Assembly: GCA_013239625.1 (NCBI GenBank)
Contig: MU056050.1
Span: 6,271,366 to 6,335,365, forward strand
Length of the DNA: 64,000 nt
Source of the DNA: Lama guanicoe
Lineage: Eukaryota
Direction: 5' to 3'
Shown here piece after piece: positions 42,006 to 56,772 of this stretch. Under the pieces are notes generated by a model, which had not been told where the DNA came from, did no database searches, and saw only the letters and a program-made list of their open reading frames with translations. Made by a program: the position numbers and the translations under genes. Numbering within the stretch: position 1 is the stretch's first letter; each line of letters starts with the position of its first letter.

Positions 42006-42154
42006 CTTCTTTTCCCCTCTTTCCAGAAGAGTTGTGATATCTTCATCTGTCAGCTCACTTTCTTTAGAAGCAAAAACATGGGTGGCTCCATGACGTATCA
42101 TTTGCAACATTTCCTCTTTTGCCATCTTGTTAGACTGCTGGTCAATGAGTCTTC
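42006..42154 (-). CDS. SMARCA1: SMARCA1 exon 16: (G)[49 protein letters not shown]
   Basis: tattag|GA AGA ... AAG AAG|gttagt; 149 nt. Confidence 0.96.
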
Positions 42155-42719
42155 CTAATAATAAAAATAAAAGTTGTATATATTCGGTGATATTCCAGAG
42201 AAAGCAGAGCATAATGGTTCTAAACAGACAATACATTTAACCATAAGTAAAGTTTTGTAACAGAAAATTAGTGAGCTTTAAAGTAATTTTTAATGAACAA
42301 CCCTACAAGTTTTTCTTCTACCATACCTTCTATTCAATATGAATTTCCTTCTGTAAAATTCAGTCAAAACATAGGACAGAAAGAAACATTTTTTCATGTT
42401 CAAACTTCATTTCACAGGTCAAACTTCTCTGTATGACAGGCATCTTCTAACACGTTTTCAAAATTTTAAACCAAACATTTTATCTGCTAAGTAATATCAA
42501 GTACTTCAAGAGACATGCCACTGACATTCAACTATAAGCCAGTGATGTTCACCTACCTACTCCATATACTGAATGCAAGGCTTCGAAATAGGAAGATTTA
42601 AATTAGCATTTTTTAATTGACTTTTTTCCTCTCACTAAGTTCGCAATTTTGGTCAATTTTCATTAAAAGTAATCTCCTTTGAAGAAAATTGCATGTGCTT
42701 TTTGCAAAAAAAAAGCCTA

Positions 42720-42875
<156 letters not shown>

Positions 42876-44594
42876 CTAGTAGAAAGAATCCTAATGTAAG
42901 ACACTGGGTATTCTGAATAATTCTGGATACAGTGTGTGGTATAGCCATCATATGCTATAAAATTCTGAAAATAAAATTAGTTCCTGATCTCTCTAGACCT
43001 GCCAGTTTTGAAAGGAGGATAATGAATATTTAGAATATCTAACCCTGGGAACAAAGGAATCTGCAAATATTCTACCATGCCATGAATGGAAACTTCCAGA
43101 AGGACAACAGACAAGGCCCCTTTAAGATGAGGACTAAAGGGAGCTGAAAGCTTCTGGATTAAGTTACTAAGTAACTTTAAGCCACTAAATACAAACACCT
43201 TCTACACTAGCAAGGAGTTTTTTAAGTGAGGGGCAAAGTAGTTAACAAGGGTTGCTATGGTGGCAAAAGTCAGCTTTCCCTCATTAGCAAGCAGTTCTTT
43301 CTGCTTATTGAGGCAATTCAGGGATCTACAGTAAAGGGTCATAAAAATTAATAGGATATTAATACCCTTACTATATGGTCTAGAATTGGTCCTATGGTTT
43401 ATAGTTGGTAAAGGTGACAGGTGGCAAGTTCTGATAACATAAAAACAGCTAGGGGGAGTGTTTTTAAAACACAGAAGCTGCCAGAGCAAATAGGTGAAGG
43501 GAGGAGGGGAGTCGAGAAAAAAAAAAATCAAAGAAACAAGGTTCAAAACAGTCCTTGTATTGAATGTAAAAACACCGGAGCCCAGTAACAGTTTCGAAGC
43601 AGCGCACCGAAAGACAACGCAACACCCCTACATATATTTACATTTCAAACTCAAATCAGTAAATTGTGAAAGATCAGCTATATTCTAACACTTTTAAGGA
43701 AATGAAGCGTTATCAATAGGTTTTCCAGTTCAGTAACACTGCAACTTACTGGGGCTTACTCCTACTTAGTCATATCAAACAGGAAGGTCAGTACCACGCT
43801 AAAGTAGTAATAATTATGCCAAAGCATGTTGATTTTAAACTGTCCCAATGGTCAATATTTTTCAATTCTCTATTACAAAAGAAAAGGAAGAACTTCTAGG
43901 GTATGCCTCATCATTGGCATATAACTTTAATTGTTTCCAAAGACAGTCAATTGTCCCACAAATTCTCAAGATTTTGAATGCATAGCTGTTTTGTATCTTT
44001 TTTACTTCTGAAATTATATTGATCTTAAAATGTGAGTCACAATGACTGAAGTTACAGCTCTAGTTCAATAAATGACACCATGATGAAAGATAACAGACAG
44101 CTCTCTGAATTTTTTTTAAAAGGTAGAATAGTTTCTGATGGTGTCCTTAGGTAGCAAATGTTTTCCTGGAATATATTCCTTTGTTACCATTTTACCTTCT
44201 GGCCCCAGCTGTTTTATTACAAAAGTTAAAATTCTACCTCTCCCAATTTCAATGCTAAGGATTTTAATATATTCAGTTGTTAAGCAGCATAATATTGAGA
44301 GATTAATTTTTAAGCCCTTTTCACTAAAACATATGTATGTGTCTTCTTCAATATTCAGGAATGACAAAAGCCAAAATTGGCACACAAATTCTATAGTTGG
44401 ATTTGGGGTGCATTTGTTTATTTTCATTCCATTTGTCGTTGCACTTAGCACAGCCAACTCTGTTTTCCAGGAAAATCTATTATAACATCTACAAAACCTC
44501 CCCAAAATTGTTGTTACCTTTTTATCATTAATTATCTTTGTGCCCTATAAATAACAATAGTTTTCTGAGCTAAGATACATTTCCGACATCATTA

Positions 44595-44819
<225 letters not shown>

Positions 44820-45379
44820 CTACCAGAGTCCTTAAGAAAAAAATATACATTTTTAACATGCATGCTCAAAACCCCACTTTTTAGAATAATACTTTATAAT
44901 ATTATTTTTTACATTTTAATAATATTCTTTATAATACTCTTCCATCTTCAAAAATATTTAAGCATCTATCTATAAACTGTACTGTACTATGTGAATTGCT
45001 ATAAAAAGTATATTACATAAAGTTCTAATCTTTAGAAGCTTACATCAATAAAGACAAAGAACAATCACAAAGACAAATTTAACTAAGCAAGTAATGAATT
45101 ATTTAAATTATTTTAAAACAATAATAGTGAAAATGTTTTAATTGAGTGAGAGTTGAAATATATCTAGGGGGTAAAAGTGTCAGAAATCTCAACTTCATTC
45201 CCATTAGTTTATGAAGGATTAATAAAGAAGATATAGTTTAGAAGACCAATCAAGAAAGAAAAAGGTTTAGAAATGGGAATGAGAGCAACAGATAAAGGGG
45301 GAGGTAAGTAGACTTATTTCCACATGGCGAAAAGGGGCAGACAGGGAAGTAATGAGGAAAATTAGGAAGGTAATCCAGG

Positions 45380-46000
45380 TATATTTAGTAAAGAGTCTTA
45401 AAAATTAATAGGATGTTAATATCCTTACTATATAAAGATCTCATACAAATTAGTTTGAAAAAAACACTAAAACCCCAAAAGAAAAATGAGAAATAAAAAA
45501 GAGCAGACAATACACAGAAGAACAAATACAAATGGCTAATAAACACAAGAACAATGTTCAATCTCACTAGTAACTCAATAAATGCAAATTAAAACAACAT
45601 AATACCATTTTTTGAAGATTAAAAAAATGATAATACTCAATGTTGACGAGGGGGCGGTGAGACGGGCACTCTCATACATTGCTGCTGGGAGTGTAAATTG
45701 GTACAACCTTTCTGGAAAGCAATTTGGCAATATGCATCAAGAGTCTTAAAAGTGTTCATACCCTTTGACCCAGTAATTCCACTTCTAGGAATTTATCCTA
45801 AGGAAATAATCAGAGATGGGCATAAAGATTTATGCATAAGGATTTTTACTTACGCATTACTTATAATAGTGAAAAATTGGAAACAACCTAAATGATCAAC
45901 AATAGGGGGATAAATTATTTATAGTATGTCCCTAGGATGAAATACTACATTCAAATTATTCTTAACAATGATTTTTTTTACTCACATAGGAAAGTACAAC
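45380..46000 (+). mobile_element. Ancient L1 (L1M/ME-like) ORF2 3' fragment hosting SMARCA1 exon 13 in antisense
   Basis: ORF 45698..45895 VQPFWKAIW...PFDPVIPLLGIYPKE...ALLIIVKNWKQPK is the L1 ORF2 C-terminal motif. Confidence 0.85.
45762..45797 (-). CDS. SMARCA1: SMARCA1 alternative cassette exon 13: DKFLEVELLGQR (in-frame, 36 nt)
   Basis: atttccttag|GAT AAA TTC CTA GAA GTG GAA TTA CTG GGT CAA AGG|gtatga; phase 0/0; closely matches the human SNF2L+13 insert as recalled (DKFLEVEFLGQR). Confidence 0.85.
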
Positions 46001-48317
46001 TTAACTGAGTAAAAAGTGCAGTGTATAGCATGTAATATTAATTACTTATATATGTTATAGTGCACAAAAAGATTGGCCAGAAATACTTTTATTTTCCAAA
46101 TTTCCTTGGCAATCATATATTACTTTTATAATCACAAAATACAGGAAGTTCTATTTTTTAAGAATGGTCAAAAGTTGCAGGCAGAGAAGGTGACTCTGCC
46201 GCAGCCCACACAGCAGGTAGAGGGGCGGTACAGAAAGCAGCATGGTGTAGTGAGAGGCAATCGGTGTAGAGGAAATAGCAAAAACCTGGGCGTGAATCAT
46301 AACTCTACCATTTATTACACATGTGGTTCTCAGCAAGCATTTAACCTCTCTGAGACACAGTTTCAAATGGAGAAAATTATGCCAATACTTTACTGGGCTG
46401 CTGGGAGAATTCAACTGAACTGTAAGTTGCCTAGCTTATAGTCGTTGCTTGATAGATGTTAGTTCCTTTCTCTATAAAAGCAAAGAGGCCAATAAGTAAA
46501 GGTGACAGGGACTGGCTGAATTTAGCTACAGCAATGGAGAAAGGGCAAATCTGAGGGCTAATGAGAAAGAATTGCTTATTATTCTAGTTGCTGGCAAACA
46601 ACTAGAATAAAGACTCAAATGAGGTCTTCCCCTTCTTATTGGGAAAATAGATGAAATGCTTGTTTGAACAACAACATCATGGGAAGACAGGACATTTCCA
46701 AAACAAAATGAACAGCTCGCACTCTGCTGTATCTAAAGTCAAAACATGCAATTCAAAGTCTCTGAAGGGAGAACATTATGTGACATTTTAAGAAGCCAGA
46801 TAATTTGGGCATAATTAGGTAATGTCCATATTGTTCATGAGCAGAGAGATTAGTCAGAAATGCAAATTAACTATTCGAGATCGGAAAGCACCTACTCTTC
46901 TGCCTTCAATTCATCTTCATTCCAGAAGAAAGGCCATCTTGAATTGTACTCAATGGCCTATGCTTAAGGTGGATTTGGAGAAATTCATTCTCAGGAATAA
47001 ATTAGTAAAAGCCCAATAAAGCTTCAAGTTACCATTTCAGAGAGTAAAACATTATAGAGCAGGGAACAATGTAAGCTTTGAAACATCCCCACATTTATAA
47101 ATATTACAACTGTTTCCCCACAGGGGGCAGCAGGGAAACCCTTAATGTGAAAAGGGCCTGCTCTCCTGCTGTGACACTACCGTATATACGACAGTCAGGT
47201 TTCACTAAGGAGGCACACAAGGGACGGAGTGCCCACTGTAGGTATGGAAGGAGAGGGACACAGGCTGAGAGTCTCTGTGGCCTGAGAAAGGGTCCTAGAA
47301 CTGAGAGGTAAAAAGGCCCACGTGCAATTTCATGACCTGTGGTCTCTACGCACTGCACAGTACAAAAACTGTGTTCATATCTATTATATCCAATGATCCT
47401 CACAACGCTGTCAGGAAAACAGAAGCCTAGGCATTAATATTACCCTTAAACTACACAGTTACAGATACTGAGGCTCAGAGGATTAAATAGCTTGCACACA
47501 CTACATAGTGGTGGAGCTGGTGCTAAAATTCAGGTCTTCTGAAACCAAGTTCAAATGCATTTTCCACTATACCATGAAATCACGATCTCTGCCCAGAGCA
47601 TGAGTATAGACTTAAAACAGAGGCCAAAGACAGAGCCCTAAAGGATCACAGAAAAGAGAAGATAAATTAGCAAAGCCCTCGCCCAAAAAAAGTGCTTTAA
47701 AGGGTTTAAAATACATTAGACCCCTGACATTCATGAGAAATAATCTAAAAATCTTCAAGAATTTCCAAATTAGAGAAAGATACTGGGTGCTAGGTAGGCT
47801 TCCTCACTAGCTACGGGACTCATTTCTGCACTGCAATCATTTGGTATTCCAAGATCCAGATGCGTGATAAGCACCTACACCTCTGTCGTTCCACTGCAGT
47901 TTTACAAAATTTCTGTAAGACTGAGATTATTCCCTTTACATACTGTCTCATGAGTTCTTAGGGTTGCTCATAAAATGAAAAAATCTCAATTGTTAAACTC
48001 CACGAATGGCGAGGGTCTACTGTAGGAGGCAAATCAAGAAAAGAAAATGACATAGAATCTGGGGTCAAAGAGTACATTGAGGAACAGTAATTCAAAGGTC
48101 AGAGACAGCAGTGGTTAGATGAGTGAGAATGTCTTTGAAGACCTTGGAAAGAATGATTCATAAAGAGTCAGCGTAATGGAAGTCCAGCTGAAGATCTGAG
48201 AGAGAGGTGGTAGCGACAAATTCAATGCACCCAGCTAAAGAAAAGGGCAAAATTCAAAACTACATAATGATGAGAAACATAGCTTAACTGAATTCTCATT
48301 TTTGAAGTCTTGTTTTA

Positions 48318-48464
<147 letters not shown>

Positions 48465-48699
48465 TCACCAAAAAAAGCAAGTTATTCCACCTGTGTAAAA
48501 CTAACTTGAAAGTTACAAAAATAAAACATCCTAAGCAATATAAATACATAGCACATGAACATTCCACTAAACACACACACACCTCTTCAAGGGATACTAC
48601 AGAATTATGCATTTCTTGAGTCATGCATTTTTAAAGCCTTCAAAACCCTCCACACACATTGAAATCATTTAAAGTCTGCCTTTATTCTGCCCTGAAGAT

Positions 48700-49240
48700 G
48701 TTTCTACTCTCTCATCCTCAGTAGATACGCCCATACTGGTCCAAGCTTCTCTTCCTAATGCACAAGTCTGTCATGTCACTCTCCACAACCAAATCTTCTA
48801 TGACCATATCCCACCACCTTCAAAATAGTCCAAACTCCTTAAAACATAGTTTAAAAGGCCTCTTGTAATTTGGCCCCATCCATCTTCCCAGACTCATCAA
48901 CTACCACTCTATCCAAATACCAACAGCTCCGCACTCCCTTCTTTCACACCTCTGCTTCACTACCCTGGAAGTCCCTTCCCTTCCTTTCTCTCATGGTTTA
49001 CTCCTACACATTCTCCAGTGCTACCCTCAAATGTCATCTTTGTGAAAACTTCCCCAAGTCCCAATCTCTCAGCACTGATCACAAAGAGCTGTAACTATTC
49101 CCCCTCACTTCACTGTGAGCATCTACAAGGCAAGGACAGTGGTCTCACGCATCCTTGTATATCCAGCCCGTAGGACAGTTCCTAACAAACAGTAAGGATT
49201 CAACGATGTCTGCAGAACAAGTGGATGAGTGAATGACGAG
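48700..49240 (+). mobile_element. L2 3' fragment
   Basis: gtccaaactccttaaaacatag...ctgtgagcatctacaaggcaaggacag...gatgagtgaatga tail. Confidence 0.65.
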
Positions 49241-49284
49241 TGATTATGCAAAATGTTATTCATATACAATCTTAAATTATTTCA

Positions 49285-49545
<261 letters not shown>

Positions 49546-50479
49546 TTATACTATAATTAATCATCGACTATTAAAAAAGCTTAATGCCATCAAGAAATGT
49601 CCCTTTGGTGACCAGCTTAGATTCCTGTTTAAAGATAAATAAAAAGATTTGATTTGAGACTAAATCTGATCAGCAAAACCAAGAAACTAGTGAAGTTTTG
49701 AACATTTTAACTTGTATGTTGCCTATAAACCTGTTTCCTCCTGCTTTATCCATTGCTAGAAATTTCCATCAGCTGATGACAATTCAGATAACTACATCTG
49801 ACAATTATTTAATAACTACAATATTTGCTGAAAGTTGGTATCCAACTTTTACTGTTTGAGCTAAAAACAATTTCTTATACCTGTCTGTACAGATCATTTT
49901 TTTCTGATCCTATAAACATTTTTATTATCTTTTCCAGACCTTCACCCAGATGAAAACAGACCTATGTATCCTCCTGGACAGTCATAATATTTCATTATAA
50001 CCACAGCCAACCTGTACTGAGTGCCAGTGACAGGTATGTGAATCATCTTGTTAAATCTTCACAATTCCAAGATAAGTACTAGGGTCACCCCCATCTTATA
50101 GACAGAAATTCAGGCAGCTAAAAGAAGTAAAACAACTTATTCAGAGCCAAAGAAAGGGACAAATCCAGGGTTTGATCTTATGACTGATTCCAGAGAATAT
50201 ACTCTTCACCACTACCGGATACTGGCTTCAATAATAGAGAATTCACTATATAAGTGAAGTAATATCATTTATATAAGCAACATTTTGTTAACATGTCTAA
50301 TTTATGATTCCTTGTGACTCCTCATGTCAATTTCCTGCTGTTTGTATTTATCAAACTATTCCAGTTTCTATTTTTGTAACATCCACATCACTGATATTTT
50401 CATTCATCTTATTATTACTTGTCATGATTATCATTATTACTATTTTCATTGATGGAAAAAAGCAACAATAACAAATGTG

Positions 50480-50655
50480 CCAGTGACATTATCCCCTTTA
50501 ACTCTGACATCATCTTTATAACCTAAGTATTATTATCCCCATTTTTCAGAAAGGAAACTGAGGTTACATAACTTGTCCAAACTAAATACCTACTAAGAGG
50601 CAAAGCATGGACTCAAACACAGGTCTATAGATGTCCAGGTCCATGCTCTTTTCTA
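50480..50655 (-). mobile_element. MIR SINE
   Basis: tattattatccccatttttcagaaaggaaactgaggttac. Confidence 0.6.
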
Positions 50656-50827
50656 AAGGTTAAATAAAATACTACTCAATTTTCTATTAAAATATTTGAA
50701 CTACATAACTCGGCATTTAAACATAAAATGTAATTTATGAACTAAAGGCACAATTGAACCACTACAAAGCTAATTTTTAATAAATCCTTATACATAAATA
50801 AATTCTAATGGAAATAAAATAGCTCAC

Positions 50828-50937
50828 CATTCTCGCTGCATTTTACTCAGTCCCAAGTAAATCTTGATTTCCTTTTTAGGGGGCAGGCTCTTCTCTACAT
50901 CAGTTTTTATACGACGTAACAAAAATGGTTTCAAAAC
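50828..50937 (-). CDS. SMARCA1: SMARCA1 exon 10: [36 protein letters not shown](W)
   Basis: tag|GTT TTG AAA ... GAA TG|gtgagc; 110 nt. Confidence 0.96.
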
Positions 50938-51859
50938 CTAAGAAGTGATAGTTTTTATAAAAGTTTATAAAACATTCAATGTTATAAGCCATTTGTTTCA
51001 TCGAAAACACCCTAATGTGAAATTTACTTCCCACTGTATAATCTGAAAAACACTACCAACACCAGCTGCTAACTTTCTTGGTAAAAAAGAACCAAGTAAT
51101 GGCCCATTAGAAAATCAGAGTAGGGGACCTAAATTAGACATTCATGATCTGATGGCACAAAAGACATTAAAAATTAAGACAACAAGATTATTGACTACTG
51201 AAGACATAAAAAATAACCTTTAAAAAAAATTTGCTGTCGTACAAGATTTTTAAACCTTAGAGGAAATCTGAGGTCAGAGTAGATTGGAAGGTCTCTAAAA
51301 GTGAAATAAAAATTCAGTTCATTTCAAAATGGTTAAATATGTGAATGAGGAGAAAATGCTTCAATGTTAAGAAAGATGTGAATGAACAGAGAGAAAACAT
51401 GAAATAATCAGTGTACACCTGCAAGGCAGATTCTATCACAAGGGAAAAAAATCTGTAGAGTACCTGCAATGTACCAGACACTGCACCATGAACTTTATTT
51501 TACATAAGAGTATTAAATCCTTACAATAAATCTTTTGAAGGAAATGTGATTATTTCAATTTTAGTAATGTCACCAGTCACTTTGACAGTAAGTGGTAGAA
51601 GCAGAATTCAAACCCAGATTAGGCTGATTCTATAGCCAGCTCAGTCCCTGAGTAGCTGTTATGAGCTGGGCAAGTTGCTTAGTTTTTCCAAGCCTGTTTC
51701 CTCATCCATTCATCAAAAATACATCTATTTTTGGTATATGCCCAGGCCAAGCATTTTTAAATGGAGATAAAGATACCTACTTTCAAGGCTGCTGTGACAG
51801 TCTGTGGTCGTGCCGTGTAGGGCTTGACCATGGCGAGTAAACTGCAGCTATTATTATTA

Positions 51860-54300
51860 AAGTTCCATGAGAGGTAAGGAAAAGGGAAGTGCAAAAGAAG
51901 ACTTCTGGTTTCCTGTTTGGGCCTCTTAAATTTGTCTAAGAGGCATTTTTAAGAGTTTAAACTGCCTGTGAGACATTTAGGCAGAAGACTCAGAAGGCAG
52001 AGGGACATGTAAATCTAGCTTAGGCAAAAGATGAGAGAGAAATCTGGAAGTTGTAAGTTTCGAGTGGTAGCTGAAACTATGGGAGTGGACCCCCAGGGAG
52101 GACATGTATGAAAAAGAAAGTCAAAGACAAAGCCCTACAAAATAGGAAACTTTCAGGGACAGAAAAAGAAAAGCCTGTAACAGGGACCGAATCGAGTAGT
52201 GAAAGAGGTTAAGAGAAAATCCATTCAAGCAGGAGTGGCTAGCATCCTAAACATTCGAGAGAAGCCAGGAGGCTGGCCAAAGGGTATAACCTGAACCCAG
52301 CAACCGAAAACTCCCTAACACTTGTGAGACAAGCTTCGGCTGTATTTTATGGATAAAAGCCAGTGGTCAGTGGATCCAGGAGTGAATCGGACCCACTAGA
52401 GACAGAGTAAGCAGCGCCCAGGGCTGCCCGAGTTCCCGCTGTTGGAGGTCCAGCGGTGCTACAACCTGTGTTACAAGATTCTTAGAAGACCTGTCCTCTA
52501 GTCCTCTTCTGCATTCTCACAATAAATTCTCCATTACACGACATCATTTGTTTCTTGACTTGTTCTGTTTAACTCTAAACAAATATTGACAGCATGAATG
52601 ACTGTTAGGGCTTCAAGTCAATAAACGTCTAACGAGCAGTTACTCCGGCTCAAACGCACGGGGCACAGTGCAGGGGAAAACAGACGCGGCCTCTGCCACA
52701 CCAAGGGTACATTTTGCCAGGATCGGAGGAGAGAGAGAGAGAGCAGGACAATATGTTGGTTTTTTTTTTAATTTGTAAAGAAGGCTTGAGATGCTTATTA
52801 AAAATAGCAGACAAAAAAATAGCAGAACGCTTCTATAGCCACTTCCACACAAAACTCCTCTAAGCCAATTTAAAAAGTTATAGGTGTACATCTGAAAAAA
52901 GAGTGACTAGGAGATTTGGTGGTGGAGATAGAGAGGATAAACCAATGTCTCAGAAAGCTTAACTAGCAATGGAATAAATGAGAATCATAGCTAGAGAGGG
53001 ACACTGTGTTGAGGGAGTACTGTTTTGTATATACGTGAGGGTGGGTGGGTCTCAGTGTGGGTTAGGACTTAATGACGGAGATACTTGAGCATGTTTACAT
53101 GTTGAGGGAAAAGAACCAATATGGAAGGAGAGGTAGAAAATTCAGTCAATAAAAAGGATAAGTCAAGGGGAAAGGTCCATATGGAAACAAGAAAAGTTGA
53201 GATCCAGGGTTTGTGTTGGAAGGATTAGCCATTGCCCAGAGAAAGAAGACTTCTTCTACTCAAACAGAAGGTAAGAAGCACAAATACAGCTAACCTTGTA
53301 AGATGGATATCCTTGAAGGAGTTCCTAGCTAAGGACTTCCATTTTCTCTTTGAGAAAGGAGTGATGTTCCTTGCTGAGAAAGGAAGAGGGCAAGGAAGAC
53401 CTGGAGAAGAAGTCTTGGGGAGACTGGGGAAAGTCTGAAATAGCTGTTATACAGGAAAAGGGAAACGATGCTGAAGAAGGCCATGCTGAAGGCACACCAA
53501 CATTGTCAAATCCCAGCTTATGTTACGGGAACAAAACCATGGTGGTTCCAACCAGTACGGTGGGTGTAATCTTTATCAGTTGAGCAGCCCCAGTACAGAG
53601 CAGGTCACTCTGCTCATAAGGGGTAAAAGTAGAATTCTAACCCAGAGGACAGAGACACAGTTACATAATTCCAGTTTAGGGCTTTTAGGGCAGAACTGGC
53701 AGGTCAAGAGAGCAAGGGAGTTTGAGATATTGGCCAAAATGGCTCAAGTGATAGCAAATGGGCTCTTTGCTGGGTACAGAAGAGGTAATAACAGAAATGG
53801 GCTGACAGATAGGGATGGAAAGCAGGGGTCCAGGGACTAGGTATCTCTGTAAGGCAACAGGACAGGTACAAGAGGAGTTACATGAGTGAAAGAATTAGAA
53901 GGCTACGAGAAGCTGTTATCAAAGAATGGAAACCTGGTGTTCAATGAAAGTGAGGAAGTCACCTGGTAATGAGTAGAAGACAGAGAAGACAATGGGTGGA
54001 GGGTGGACTTGCAAGATAACTCGAGCCCCAAAGGAAGAGTTCTACACATGACCGTGGAGAAGAAGTGGTTTCGAAACAGCACTGTGGAACCAGGAGAATA
54101 CTGATGCAATACCGAGGATGTGCGGGGTGTGGGAGAGTGGACAGCCTCTATGGGAGAGGGCCTCATTATCCACGGGGGAGAGTCAAAGCAAAAAAATCAG
54201 TTTCCACAGACAGACTGAGGACACAGTGGGAGTTTGCCTCCCAAAGAGGCTGTCAGAAAGGTTGAGAGGGAAAAGCACTGAGATCGAGACAAGACGCAAA
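51860..54300 (-). mobile_element. Long, highly decayed L2, interrupted at about 52400-52900
   Basis: Purine-rich strand with L2-like segments gagtttaaactgcctgtgagacat, gtagctgaaactatgggagtgga, gagcatgtttacatgttgaggga. Confidence 0.5.
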
Positions 54301-54323
54301 TCCACAAGTTCAAACAGATTCTA

Positions 54324-54446
<123 letters not shown>

Positions 54447-55109
54447 CTATGGAAGGGTAAAAATTCTACAGTAAGTGCACAGTTTTTTAAAATGCAATAT
54501 TCTATAAATTCTTACACAACTCATACAGCAATAATTCACTTTAAAAGCACCTTCAAAAATATGTTAACTGTGATGGCCAATGTTATTTACTTCTGAAAAT
54601 AGATAAAATAGTGGTGCAGTTAACAAAACTTGAACCCCATTATATAGGCACTCCATCAGCAGTTTTTCCTTAAAAGCCTTTTATTAGGCTTCCCCATACC
54701 ATAGGAGCATTATATCCAGTTAAGAGGAGTAGGAATAAGAATATAAAGTCGAAGACATACTAATGAAAATATGAATTAAACAACAAAAATGAACAAAAGC
54801 AAGATAAGGTATACAAACCAATAGATAGCTGAACTTGGTACTTTTTATTATCAATTAATATCAGTAATGAGGAAAATCGAGCTCCAAAGTCCTTAAATCA
54901 TTCAATTCAGTTTGCTGCACTAGCATAACCTTGTGTTAATGATAAAAACAGTATAAATCATACATTTACAAAATATGCTGCTTTTCAAATTACATATTAT
55001 GAGCTCTTTAATACTCACCAAATGTTAATGCCTACAATAATCAGATTATTTCAATCACTCCATCTGCCAAACTAGTATGCAGAAAGCCCTTGCAATGTAT
55101 TTACGAGAA

Positions 55110-55212
55110 AACGTATTTTATGTATTTATTTACTTTTAAATAACATTTAAAACTGAAGTATAGTCAGTTACAAGGTGTCAGCTTCTGGTGTACAGCACAA
55201 TGTCCCAGTCAC
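55110..55212 (-). mobile_element. Short L1 3'-terminal insertion
   Basis: ctgaagtatagtcagttacaaggtgtcagcttctggtgtacagcacaatgtcccagtca; degenerate duplication caatgtatttacgagaaaa / caatgtaatcacaagaaaa. Confidence 0.6.
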
Positions 55213-55424
55213 CAATGTAATCACAAGAAAATTTAGAATGCACTGTTCTGAACTCAGCCTACTTCATGTCGTAACTTGTGGTAGCAATGTGATAGAGGCA
55301 AAGTTTAACAGGCAGGATGATCTCAAAGAAAAGAAACATTATTTCTCTAAATATCCCCATTTGAAAAACTTTCTACTTAAGAGCTCTTTTCTGAGAAAAC
55401 CAAAACACACAGATAAAAAAACTA

Positions 55425-55658
<234 letters not shown>

Positions 55659-56772
55659 CTAGAAAAATAATAGTTAACGTTGTTTTATTTCTTACAATGT
55701 TCAATATTCAGTTCTTCACCCAACCCAATATACTTTTTGAGTACAATAAAACTTGAAAATTAATCTTCTATGGAAAAATATCCTAGTTAAGGTGACACTG
55801 CCACCTTAACTTGAACAAAAAATTCTAGGCATTTCTACACTTAAAAGAATGCGGATCAGAGTCACACCTGAGACTGTTCCCCTACTTCAAAAAAATTTAT
55901 TTTGTCCATTTTGGGTTCACCGAAACAGTCAGAACTCCATGGAATCCAGGCTAGTCAGTTTACACAATAATGCGTCCTTCTTTGGGCATGTTCACCTACG
56001 TGCCAAGCCAAGTTCTGTCTTGGTCTGGTCACAATTTCTAAGCACCAGAGTTGAACTCATATATTCACTTTTTAAATATGATACAAAAATTAAAGCACAA
56101 AAAGTAGAAAAGAACTGCAATCTTATCAATAAAAATGTTCATTTTTATAGTGTTCTTAAATTAACAAGTATTCTCTAACATGCATCTTTCTTATCAGGTA
56201 TTAATTCCAATTTGAAAACCACCACCTGGTGGTTTTGCTTCAGTACTGACCGTTTCTCCCAAAGTAGCCCAGTGATCCAAAGAGAGGTTCATCATAGTAA
56301 CTGATGCTTTTCCTACTGTTAATGGAGTTCAATGGCAAGAATGTTGGTACTTTTCAATGTTAACACCACACTCTAATTCACACAAATCAGATAATTCTAG
56401 GAAATTAATTTTTTAATCCATATGAATACACATAAGGTGGTTCCTCAATAAAAAAACAAACCAATGCAAACAACACTTGTACACCAAACACTGCCAAAAT
56501 ATTAACATACTGTAGCATAAGAGGATTAGGCCACAACAGGTATAGCAAATGAATACCAAATTTTCTTTACATTAAAAACTGTGCTCAATTTTCATTTGCC
56601 TTGCATTCAATAATTTAAACTTCCAAATCATTTTGAAAAACTGATTTTCATTTACATTCTGTGAATACGATCACAATCTTCCATCACTTTTTTATTCTGA
56701 ATTCAGGAAAATAAACAAACCTATGTGGTAGTTAAAGGAAAACTTTTAAAAAGACATTGAGAACTAGCTTAC

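Noticed and set aside
44116..44505. Overlapping 129-aa (-) and 115-aa (+) ORFs in intron 14
   Set aside because: No recognisable domain or splice logic; compatible with chance ORFs
47114..47133. CCCACAGGGGGCAGCA, a CTCF-like motif in intron 12
   Set aside because: Two mismatches in the 5' core; too weak without ChIP data
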